The notes beneath the pieces are model-generated. The model did no database searches and was not told where the DNA came from. It saw only the letters and a list, made by a program, of their open reading frames with translations. From contig JBMFLB010000002.1 of the NCBI GenBank assembly GCA_049971465.1, positions 1 to 39,797 of the forward strand: a stretch of DNA of 39,797 nucleotides. The letters are read 5' to 3'. The position numbers and the translations under genes are program-made. The stretch is from Minisyncoccia bacterium (GTDB taxonomy: Bacteria; Patescibacteriota; Minisyncoccia; UBA6257; GWB1-50-10). Shown here piece by piece: positions 1 through 7,550 of the stretch (positions within the stretch are counted from its first letter, which is position 1; each line of letters starts with the position of its first letter).

Positions 1-155
1 AAGGCTTTTTCAATATCTTTTTCTAAAAGTTCGCGGATTTTAGAATAATACTTTGATTTAATCCGCATTAAATTGACAAATCCACCTTCACCTTCAATTT
101 TTGCTCCTATGAATAACTCTTCCAATGTCTTATAAAATTTTTGTTCTTTAGTCAT
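1..155 (-). CDS. 5' end (about 51 codons) of a gene that runs off the left edge; product unknown
   Basis: The reverse-strand ATG at 155..153 opens an uninterrupted frame to position 1: MTKEQKFYKTLEELFIGAKIEGEGGFVNLMRIKSKYYSKIRELLEKDIEKA. It is absent from the ORF track because it is open-ended. From memory this N-terminus resembles some adenine DNA methyltransferases. I cannot verify that. Confidence 0.35.
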   Translation of the reverse strand, partial: MTKEQKFYKTLEELFIGAKIEGEGGFVNLMRIKSKYYSKIRELLEKDIEKA

Positions 156-464
156 AGTTTTACTTTAATAAATCATAAACTGGAATGTCGCGCATTAAAA
201 TTTTGAAGTCGGTTTCATTATTTTCATTTCACATTACTTTTATTTTCCCACAAAAAATTAGGTTTTTCAAATTAAGTTTTACAGTAATTGTTAAATGTTT
301 TTTATTTACAAAAACAGAAATTGAATATATGAATTAGACTTATCAAAATTATCGAGGTCAAAATTATCAAGGTTCAACCTCGATAACAAATAAACTACCT
401 TATAGCAAGCTGACGAGGAAATATTTTTCATTGTGGTATATCAATAATTTATATAAATGATATA

Positions 465-473
465 TGATATAAT
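465..473 (+). promoter_or_regulatory. extended -10 element (TGATATAAT) 7 nt upstream of ATG 481
   Basis: TG at 465-466, TATAAT at 468-473, then 7 nt to the ATG. The same geometry recurs at other first genes in this window. Confidence 0.45.
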
Positions 474-480
474 GGTAAGT

Positions 481-1179
481 ATGAAAGCAAACAAAGGAAT
501 ATTTATTGCTATCGGGCTTGTTGTTCTGGCTTTATTTGCTGTGATAATTTATAACCCTAAGGGACAAAATCAATTAAATCAAAACGAAGAATCTCAACCC
601 ACGCAAACACCATCTTCTTACCAAACGTCTCCTTCTCCGGTCACAGAAAATACATTACCAATGACTACCAATCCAATAACCTGCGGAACAATAGATATGT
701 TAGAAGTCACTAGAGCGATACTACAACATAAAACTTTCCCAGTAGACAGCGAAAACGCCCTCGCTTGTGTTGATAATTCGCTTGAACAATGCCGCTATGC
801 AACAACAAATATCGTAACAACTTCTGGTAAAAAAATCCCACTGGCAATAGAACTGATTAATGAACAGTGCGCTATCAAATTTACTGATTCACATTATAAA
901 TGGCATGATTACTACTTAACGTGTTTTCTCCCTCAAGAAGCAAAAAGTTCTTTCTTCGCGGCTTTAAATAACCCAACCTCAATTTCTCTCACCGCAAATC
1001 AGCAAAAAGCCATAAAGACTATGACATTTATAGGCACAATCGCAGGACAAGCGATTGGTTTAGCTGGACTCAATATAATTGCACCACAATCTGCTTCATC
1101 GAGTAATCAAACGCCACTTGATTTCAAATTCGATCTCATTGGTACGAACTCTACTATTAACTGCAGAGGGATTAAGTAA
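481..1179 (+). CDS. hypothetical membrane-anchored/secreted protein
   Basis: ORF track gives 457..1179. I prefer ATG 481, which gives MKANKGIFIAIGLVVLALFAVII (a basic N-terminus followed by a hydrophobic helix). TGATATAAT at 465-473 lies 7 nt upstream of 481 and would be inside the ORF if 457 were used. The ectodomain contains Cys. No family recognised. Confidence 0.55.
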   Translation: MKANKGIFIAIGLVVLALFAVIIYNPKGQNQLNQNEESQPTQTPSSYQTSPSPVTENTLPMTTNPITCGTIDMLEVTRAILQHKTFPVDSENALACVDNSLEQCRYATTNIVTTSGKKIPLAIELINEQCAIKFTDSHYKWHDYYLTCFLPQEAKSSFFAALNNPTSISLTANQQKAIKTMTFIGTIAGQAIGLAGLNIIAPQSASSSNQTPLDFKFDLIGTNSTINCRGIK

Positions 1180-1338
1180 TGTCTCATAAAATCATTTTTT
1201 CTAAATATTCAAGTTGACGGGTTGATTAATTTAAGTGGTCATTATACCAAAAAATTCGGGCTTTTTTCAACAAACACCACTATATTTAATTATCCAACTC
1301 GGTCGGTGCGAAGTGCCAAGCAAAAAAATAATTCAATC

Positions 1339-1415
1339 TGGTGGACCCGAGGGGATTTGAACCCCTGACCTCCTCGATGCCATCGAGGCGCTCTAGCCAA
1401 CTGAGCTACGAGCCC
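1339..1415 (-). tRNA. tRNA-Ala (anticodon GGC), CCA encoded
   Basis: The reverse complement folds as a cloverleaf: GGGCTCG ta GCTC agttggcta GAGC g CCTCG atGGCat CGAGG aggtc AGGGG ttcaaat CCCCT CGGGTCC a CCA. It has the G3:U70 alanine identity pair. It is the only tRNA here with an encoded CCA. Confidence 0.9.
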
Positions 1416-1437
1416 AAATAATTACTAAATTTAATTA

Positions 1438-1758
1438 TTAATTATCTGGTTTTTCTTTTTCTAATTTCTCATCAACTAAATTTTGATTCATTCCTTGATT
1501 TTCAATTTGTTTGTTTTGTTTATTTTGTATCTTTTTACTAAAAATAAATATATATAAAATATCTAATATGCCCATTGTATTTAACAAAAACAAAACAATA
1601 AACCAAGCTTTATGTTTTAAATTTCCTGCTTTCCATAAAGCCCAACCTTTCAAAAATATAGCCACCAAAAATAAAATCCAGAATAAAATCCAGAATAATA
1701 GCGCTGAATCAATATGTGTTAAATTAGGAAAATTTATACTCATAATTACATTATACAA
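1438..1758 (-). CDS. small two-TM membrane protein
   Basis: 106-aa ORF with two hydrophobic helices (LLFWILFWILFLVAIFLKGWALWKA, AWFIVLFLLNTMGILDILYIFIF) and a charged C-terminal tail. From memory it resembles the DUF5652 type. I prefer it over the antisense ORF 1511..1792, which is low-complexity. Confidence 0.55.
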   Translation of the reverse strand: MYNVIMSINFPNLTHIDSALLFWILFWILFLVAIFLKGWALWKAGNLKHKAWFIVLFLLNTMGILDILYIFIFSKKIQNKQNKQIENQGMNQNLVDEKLEKEKPDN

Positions 1759-1762
1759 AATC

Positions 1763-1790
1763 TTGAATTTAATTCAATTTAATTTACAAT
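1763..1790 (+). promoter_or_regulatory. sigma70-like promoter for tRNA-Val (TTGAAT-16 nt-TACAAT)
   Basis: TTGAAT at 1763-1768, a 16-nt spacer, TACAAT at 1785-1790, then 8 nt to the first tRNA nucleotide (1799). Confidence 0.45.
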
Positions 1791-1798
1791 GAAAATAA

Positions 1799-1870
1799 GG
1801 GCGGTTAGCTCAGTGGTAGAGCGCGTCGTTGACATCGACGAGGCCAGAAGTTCGATCCTTCTACCGCCCA
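1799..1870 (+). tRNA. tRNA-Val (anticodon GAC)
   Basis: Cloverleaf: GGGCGGT ta GCTC agtggta GAGC g CGTCG ttGACat CGACG aggcc AGAAG ttcgatc CTTCT ACCGCCC a. 72 nt, no encoded CCA. Confidence 0.9.
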
Positions 1871-1884
1871 CTATTTATTCATAT

Positions 1885-2085
1885 TTAATTATTTAATGTA
1901 CCAGATGGATTATTTTCTTGTTGAATATTATCACTTGATGTTTTTTTAGTATAGGTATTTATTTTTAACAAAACATACAAAGGACAAAAACCAATTAAAG
2001 CAGTTACCAATAAAATAAAAGCAACAATATATAACACAATAGAAATTGTTCCGGTTAAAGTCCAAGCAAAATAACCCAAAATCAA
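1885..2085 (-). CDS. small membrane protein, DUF2892/YgaP-like (C-terminal GFCPLY motif)
   Basis: The ORF-track frame starts at TTG 2085. It has IGFCPLYVLLKINT, typical of the DUF2892 two-helix family. The family-like N-terminus (NIGKTDKIIRLILG) continues in frame upstream to about 2151 without ATG/GTG/TTG (see findings). Confidence 0.55.
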   Translation of the reverse strand: MILGYFAWTLTGTISIVLYIVAFILLVTALIGFCPLYVLLKINTYTKKTSSDNIQQENNPSGTLNN

Positions 2086-2216
2086 ACCTAAAATTAATCT
2101 TATAATCTTATCTGTTTTACCAATGTTTTGTTTCGCCCAATATTTTATTATTACAACATTTGTTTTATTATAAATAATAAAATTGAAAAAAGAGTTTTAA
2201 AGTATCTTAATAATAA

Positions 2217-2288
2217 CCCCTTGTAGCTCAATGGATAGAGCAGCTCCGTCCTAAGGAGAAGATGAGGGTTCGATTCCTTCCAAGGGGA
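2217..2288 (+). tRNA. tRNA-Arg (anticodon CCT)
   Basis: Cloverleaf: CCCCTTG ta GCTC aatggata GAGC a GCTCC gtCCTaa GGAGA agat GAGGG ttcgatt CCTTC CAAGGGG a. The acceptor stem is perfect. There is one mismatch at the top of the anticodon stem. No encoded CCA. Confidence 0.85.
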
Positions 2289-2297
2289 CTTTTAGGA

Positions 2298-2303
2298 TAT
2301 AAT
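2298..2303 (+). promoter_or_regulatory. -10 box (TATAAT) 8 nt upstream of the tRNA-Ser 5' end
   Basis: TATAAT at 2298-2303, then aaaaatat (8 nt), then GGTGGGT at 2312. It lies in the 23-nt gap between tRNA-Arg and tRNA-Ser. Confidence 0.4.
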
Positions 2304-2311
2304 AAAAATAT

Positions 2312-2396
2312 GGTGGGTTGCGCCGAATGGTAAGGCACCGCTCTCGAAAAGCGGAGTCTCGTAAGAGACTTAGAGGTTCGAATCCTCTACCCACCG
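2312..2396 (+). tRNA. tRNA-Ser (anticodon CGA), long variable arm
   Basis: Acceptor GGTGGGT/ACCCACC. Anticodon arm CCGCT ctCGAaa AGCGG. Variable arm GTCTC gtaa GAGAC. T arm AGAGG ttcgaat CCTCT. Discriminator G. 85 nt, no encoded CCA. Confidence 0.9.
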
Positions 2397-2398
2397 CT

Positions 2399-3025
2399 AT
2401 GATAAAAAAATTATTAAAATTTGCCATTCTTATTACTGTAATTATTCTTATTGCTATTTATTTGCCAAAATTTTTTAATCATCCTTCTCAAACAAAACCA
2501 GTAAAAATTAATTGGGATAATATAATTAATAATGGTATTAATGCTGTACAAACAACTACTTCTCATTTTGCTTCTAGCACAAAAAATAAAATTAATTCTT
2601 TATACAGCAACGCCTTTAACACATTAAAACAAAAAACCAATGAAGAATTATCAAATTTAGGAAAAATAATATCAAATTTTGGCAATAGTTTAATAACTTC
2701 ATCATCAGATATAAATATTTCTAATCTTCCCAATACTAATATTCCTAATACTAATATTGCAACAACTGTTAACAATAGTGCTGGAAATATAAGTTATTAT
2801 TTTATTGTATTTAAAAACCAACCTTTTAGTTTATCTATTAATAACAATATAAATTATAATATTGATTGGGGTGATAATACTAAAACAAGCGGCAAAACAT
2901 CTACCACAACAAAAATTATAACGCATAGTTGGCCACAATCTGGAATTTATTCAGTAAACATGATATTACAAAATTCTAATGCCTCAACATCAACTTCAAT
3001 AACATTTTATATCAATGTACAATAA
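2399..3025 (+). CDS. membrane-anchored surface protein with a PKD-like C-terminal domain
   Basis: ORF track gives 2318..3025, but its first 27 codons lie inside tRNA-Ser. ATG 2399 gives MIKKLLKFAILITVIILIAIYL (TM anchor). The C-terminus YNIDWGDNTKTSGKT..ITHSWPQSGIYSVNMIL matches the WxFGDG...HxY..GxYxV pattern of PKD domains. Confidence 0.55.
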   Translation: MIKKLLKFAILITVIILIAIYLPKFFNHPSQTKPVKINWDNIINNGINAVQTTTSHFASSTKNKINSLYSNAFNTLKQKTNEELSNLGKIISNFGNSLITSSSDINISNLPNTNIPNTNIATTVNNSAGNISYYFIVFKNQPFSLSINNNINYNIDWGDNTKTSGKTSTTTKIITHSWPQSGIYSVNMILQNSNASTSTSITFYINVQ

Positions 3026-4025
3026 AAATATGACCATGAAACAAATTGTAATTACCGGAATTCAACCTAGCGGAAAATTACATATTGGCAATTATATTGG
3101 CGCAATTAAAACTTTTTTAACAATACAAAATAATAAAAATTATCAGCCAATTTTTTTTGTTGCTGATTATCATTCTATTACTGAAACATATGATTTTAAA
3201 GAAAAACAAAATATGATTTTAGATCTCATTGTAAACATGCTTGCTCTTGGATTAGACACAAAAAAAACATTATTTTTTTTACAATCACTAGTGCCAGCCC
3301 ATACTGAACTTGCTTGGCTATTAAATTGTTTTACTCCATTAGGCGAAGCAAAACGAATGACTCAATTTAAAGAAAAATCAGAGCATCAGCCAGAAAATAT
3401 AAATTTAGGATTGTTAACTTATCCTGTTTTAATGGCTGCTGATATTTTATTATATGACGCTCAATTAGTTACAATTGGTGATGATCAATTACAACATTTA
3501 GAATTAACACGAACATTAGCAAGAAAATTTAATAGTAAATTTGGAAAAACATTTATTGAGCCACAACCACTTTTAACTTTGGGATCAAGAATTATGAATT
3601 TAAATAATCCACTTAAAAAAATGTCGAAATCTACACCAAATGGATGTTTATTTCTTGATGATCCTCCTAATATTATCGAAACTAAAATTAAATCGGCAGT
3701 TACTGATTCTGGCCATGAAATAAAATATGATCCAACCAACAAAGCGGCAATTAGCAATTTAATAGCAATTTATCATGAAATAACCGGATTAGATATAAAA
3801 AAAATAGAAAAAAAATTTAGTAATAAAAGTTATTTAGAATTTAAAAAGGATTTAATTAATCAATTAATTAAATTTCTTCAACCATTTCAAGCTAATAAAA
3901 AATTATTATTAAAAAAACAAATATCAATTAAAAAACTAATTAAAGAACAATCAAAAAAAGCAAATAAAATTGCTAATAAAAAATTACAACTTGTTAAAAA
4001 GAAAATTGGATTAAATTTTTCTTAA
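3015..4025 (+). CDS. trpS: tryptophan--tRNA ligase
   Basis: Class I signatures are present: GIQPSGKLHIGNYIGA (HIGH-type) and KKMSKS. The size is about 330 aa. In-frame ATGs at 3030 and 3036 are alternative starts that avoid overlap with the upstream gene. Confidence 0.9.
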   Translation: MYNKNMTMKQIVITGIQPSGKLHIGNYIGAIKTFLTIQNNKNYQPIFFVADYHSITETYDFKEKQNMILDLIVNMLALGLDTKKTLFFLQSLVPAHTELAWLLNCFTPLGEAKRMTQFKEKSEHQPENINLGLLTYPVLMAADILLYDAQLVTIGDDQLQHLELTRTLARKFNSKFGKTFIEPQPLLTLGSRIMNLNNPLKKMSKSTPNGCLFLDDPPNIIETKIKSAVTDSGHEIKYDPTNKAAISNLIAIYHEITGLDIKKIEKKFSNKSYLEFKKDLINQLIKFLQPFQANKKLLLKKQISIKKLIKEQSKKANKIANKKLQLVKKKIGLNFS

Positions 4026-7000
4026 TCCAATCCAAAGATCACTGTCATTTATTTTAGTTTGTAATTCCGCAGTAAATTTTTCGCCTTTTTTTAATTCTAT
4101 ATTTTTTGCATTAACTTCATTTTTTAATTTTTTTTCAAACTTATTAATAATATGTTGTATTTCTTCGGATCCTTCAATCATCAAATCAATATTGTCTTTA
4201 AATTGCAATCCACTATCTTGTCGAAAATCTTGAATTATTCTTACTAAATCTCTAAATATTCCTTCTTCTAATAACTCATGAGTAATGCGGGTATCTAATA
4301 TAAATTCTTCAGCTAAATCTTTTTTAATATCAATATCTTTAACATTAATTTCTTCAGATAAAATTTGTATTAATGAATCAAAATCTTCAGTTGTTAATTT
4401 AATATCTTTAAACAAATTAACATTTAATTGTAAATTGCCTAATGGTTGTCTAAGTTTAATACCAGCTTCTGATCGTTTAGCTAAAACATTAGAAGCAATT
4501 TTTTGAATTAAATTCATAGCAAATAACAAATCATCATCAATAAATAATTTATTAACTTTAGGCCAATTTTCTAAATGGACCGATAAAGATTTTTTATGAT
4601 CAAAAGTTTGATATAAAGATTCAGCAAAAAATGGCATAAATGGAGCAATTAATTTACTAAATTCTAATAACACATAGCCCAATACTGCCGATGCTTGTTC
4701 ATAGTCATCTGAGGAGATAGGTTTTTGAAATCTTCGTCGCGATCTTCTAATATACCACCGTGATAAATTATCAACAAAATCATAAATTTTTCTTGTTGCT
4801 GAATAAACATCATATTCTTTTAAGTCATTAGTAACATCTTTAACTAATTTATTAAACAAAACCAAAAGCCATCGATCTAATATATTATTTAATTTTTCTT
4901 TACTAATATCTTTATTACTAAATTGTTCAACATAAGTCCAATAAAAAACATAAGAGTTATAAATAATTGAAACAAATTGTCTAAAAATTTTAACTAAATC
5001 TTGTTCATCAAATTTTTTTGCATCAGCCGGAGCATTAACTGAATAAAAATACCAACGCACAACATCGCTTCCATATTTATTTATCATTGACCACGGATCA
5101 ACAATATTACCTTTAGATTTAGACATTTTTTGACCATTTTTATCTAATACCAATCCAAGAGTAATAACATTTTTATACGCCGGACCTTTATCTAATAATG
5201 TGGATACTGCTAACAATGTATAAAACCAACCGCGGGTTTGATCAATGCCCTCACTTATATAATCAGCTGGAAAATCTAATATCTCCTGTTTTTTAAAATC
5301 AAATGGATAATGATTTTGAGCAAAAGGCATTGAACCAGAATCAAACCAAACATCAGCAAGTTCTGGTATTCTTTCCATTATTCCTTTACATTTTATACAT
5401 TTAAATTTTATTTCATCAATAAAAGGACGATGTAAATCACAAATACCAAATTGATTGCGAGGCAAATTATAAAAATCAAATTCAATTAATTGAGCTGGTT
5501 GAATAAAACTATTTTTATTGATTGAAGAATGTTTTTGAAGCAATGCTTCTTCTTCATCCCAACCAAACGCAACTGTTAATATCATCCAAATTGTATATTC
5601 GTGGCTGACAATAAGAATTTTTTTGTTTTTATATTTTGTTTCTACATCATTTAAAAATTCATAAACTCTTTTAGCAAGATCATTTAAATTTTCACCATGA
5701 GGAGGATTTTTATAAAATTTTTCTTGTTCATTTTCAAAATATTTATGGTAACTATCCGGATTGCCGCCATTAAAATCGCCAACATTTATTTCTCTTAATC
5801 GTGAATCAAAAATAACTTTTTTGTTTAATTTTTTAGCAATTATTTCTGCTGTTTGTTTGGTTCTTAAAAAATCAGAGGAAAAAATTAAATCTATTTTTTT
5901 ATCCTGCAATTTCTTTGCAATATTTTCAATTTGATTTATTCCTTTTAAAGTTAAAGGATATAAATCTTTATCAGCTGGATTACAATTTACAATGTTTTTC
6001 AACAAAGTTTCTGATTCACCATGACGCAAAACAAAATAATGATTAGTAGACTTTCCTGTTTGTTCTGCTAATGTTTTTCTGCTATCAATAACAATTTGAT
6101 TGCCACATTTTTTACATTGCCATACTGGTAATGGTGTGCCCCAAAATCTTGCCCGTGAAAAATTCCAATCTTTAATATCTCTTAACCATTCACCAAATCG
6201 CCCATTTTTTATATATTCTGGGATCCAATTTATTTTTTTATTATTAGCAATTAATTTATCTTTAACTTTTGACATTCCAACAAACCACGATTGTTTTGCA
6301 TAATATAAAAGCGGTGTTTTGCAGCGCCAGCAAAATGGATATTCATGGGTATAAGCTTCTTTCTTTAATAAATAATTTTTTTCAACCAAAATGTTTAAAA
6401 TTTTATTTTCTGTTTCTAAATCTTTAACATAAAGTCCAGCTAAATCATTTAATTCAGCAATAAATTTACCTTGTTCATTTACTGTATGATATTGAGGTAA
6501 TCCAATTTTTTTACCAAGCTGAAAGTCTTCTTCACCATACATAACAGCAGTATGTACTACGCCCGTACCATCTTCCACTGAAACAAAATCAGCAGGATAT
6601 ATCTTATAACTTTTATTAGATTTTAATTTTTTAACATAAAACAATGGCTCATATCTTAATCCAATCAAATCACTACCATTATATTTTTGAATGATTTTAT
6701 AATTTTGATTAATAACTACTAATCTTTTTTCTGCTAAAATATAAAATTCATTGCCAACTTCAATTTTTACATATTTTATTTTTGGATTTATTGCTAAAGC
6801 AACATTGCCTGGTAAAGTCCAAGGAGTAGTTGTCCAAGATAAAATAAAAGTATGATCATTAATTTTTGTATTACCAATTTTTTGATTTGCTAATAATTTA
6901 AATTTAATAAACACTGATGTTTCAGTAACAGTATCATAACCTTGAGCAACTTCATGGGATGATAATGATGTCCCACAGCGCGGACACCAATGAACAATCT

Positions 7001-7526
7001 TATAATCTTGATAAAATAATTTTTTGTTCCAAATTTTTTTAATAATCCACCATAATGTTTCAATATATCGATTGGTATAGGTAATATAAGGATGTTGTAA
7101 ATCTAACCAAAATCCAATTCTTTTAGTAATATTTTCCCATTCTTTTTTATAAGACCAAACTGATTCTTTACATAATTTATTAAATTCAGCAATACCAAAC
7201 TGTTCAATGTCCTTTTTTGTTTTAAATCCTAATGTTTTTTCTACTTCTAATTCAACTGGCAAACCATGAGTATCCCACCCACTTTTCCTAGGAACATAAA
7301 AACCTGACATTGTTTTAAAACGTAAAATAATATCTTTAAAACTTCGCGCTAAAATATGATGAATTCCCGGCTTACCATTAGCAGTTGGCGGTCCTTCAAA
7401 AAAAACAAATTTTTTATGATTTTTATTTTTTTCTAAACTTTTTTCAAAAACTTTATTTTCTTCCCACCAATTTAAAATTTTTTCTTCTATTGCTGGTAAA
7501 TTAAAATGATCAATATTTTTTAACAT
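4011..7526 (-). CDS. ileS: isoleucine--tRNA ligase with an inserted histidine-phosphatase domain
   Basis: 1171 aa. It has PPTANGKPGIHHILAR (HIGH), the editing-domain motif TTTPWTLPGN, KMSKSKGN, and Zn-knuckle Cys pairs (CPRCG, CWRCK, CKKCG, CIKCKG). Residues about 494-686 carry histidine-phosphatase motifs (see findings). Confidence 0.95.
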   Translation of the reverse strand: MLKNIDHFNLPAIEEKILNWWEENKVFEKSLEKNKNHKKFVFFEGPPTANGKPGIHHILARSFKDIILRFKTMSGFYVPRKSGWDTHGLPVELEVEKTLGFKTKKDIEQFGIAEFNKLCKESVWSYKKEWENITKRIGFWLDLQHPYITYTNRYIETLWWIIKKIWNKKLFYQDYKIVHWCPRCGTSLSSHEVAQGYDTVTETSVFIKFKLLANQKIGNTKINDHTFILSWTTTPWTLPGNVALAINPKIKYVKIEVGNEFYILAEKRLVVINQNYKIIQKYNGSDLIGLRYEPLFYVKKLKSNKSYKIYPADFVSVEDGTGVVHTAVMYGEEDFQLGKKIGLPQYHTVNEQGKFIAELNDLAGLYVKDLETENKILNILVEKNYLLKKEAYTHEYPFCWRCKTPLLYYAKQSWFVGMSKVKDKLIANNKKINWIPEYIKNGRFGEWLRDIKDWNFSRARFWGTPLPVWQCKKCGNQIVIDSRKTLAEQTGKSTNHYFVLRHGESETLLKNIVNCNPADKDLYPLTLKGINQIENIAKKLQDKKIDLIFSSDFLRTKQTAEIIAKKLNKKVIFDSRLREINVGDFNGGNPDSYHKYFENEQEKFYKNPPHGENLNDLAKRVYEFLNDVETKYKNKKILIVSHEYTIWMILTVAFGWDEEEALLQKHSSINKNSFIQPAQLIEFDFYNLPRNQFGICDLHRPFIDEIKFKCIKCKGIMERIPELADVWFDSGSMPFAQNHYPFDFKKQEILDFPADYISEGIDQTRGWFYTLLAVSTLLDKGPAYKNVITLGLVLDKNGQKMSKSKGNIVDPWSMINKYGSDVVRWYFYSVNAPADAKKFDEQDLVKIFRQFVSIIYNSYVFYWTYVEQFSNKDISKEKLNNILDRWLLVLFNKLVKDVTNDLKEYDVYSATRKIYDFVDNLSRWYIRRSRRRFQKPISSDDYEQASAVLGYVLLEFSKLIAPFMPFFAESLYQTFDHKKSLSVHLENWPKVNKLFIDDDLLFAMNLIQKIASNVLAKRSEAGIKLRQPLGNLQLNVNLFKDIKLTTEDFDSLIQILSEEINVKDIDIKKDLAEEFILDTRITHELLEEGIFRDLVRIIQDFRQDSGLQFKDNIDLMIEGSEEIQHIINKFEKKLKNEVNAKNIELKKGEKFTAELQTKINDSDLWIGLRKI

Positions 7527-7534
7527 ATTTTAAT

Positions 7535-7540
7535 ATTATA
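7535..7540 (-). promoter_or_regulatory. -10 box (TATAAT on the minus strand) 8 nt upstream of the ileS ATG
   Basis: The minus strand reads tttTATAATattaaaatATG. The whole divergent ileS/M16 intergenic region is 24 bp (7527-7550). Confidence 0.4.
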
Positions 7541-7550
7541 AAAAAATGAA

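Noticed and set aside
1241-1268. Minus-strand extended -10 (TGGTATAAT, 1249-1241) next to an A6/T6-flanked gcccgaa element downstream of tRNA-Ala
   Set aside because: No ATG or RNA gene follows at the usual 6-8 nt. The transcript would only be antisense to the end of the 481..1179 gene. The stem is A:T only. It may be a chance hexamer in AT-rich DNA, so I do not call it.
1511-1792. 93-aa plus-strand ORF antisense to the small membrane protein gene
   Set aside because: The sequence is low-complexity K/N/I-rich, and its end reaches to within a few nt of the tRNA-Val gene and overlaps the tRNA-Val promoter. The minus-strand frame gives a coherent two-TM protein.
2318-2398. N-terminal 27 codons of ORF 2318..3025 (MRRMVRHRSRKAESRKRLRGSNPLPTA)
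   Set aside because: This stretch lies entirely inside tRNA-Ser (2312-2396) and is Arg-rich read-through of the tRNA sequence. The real start is ATG 2399, directly after the tRNA.
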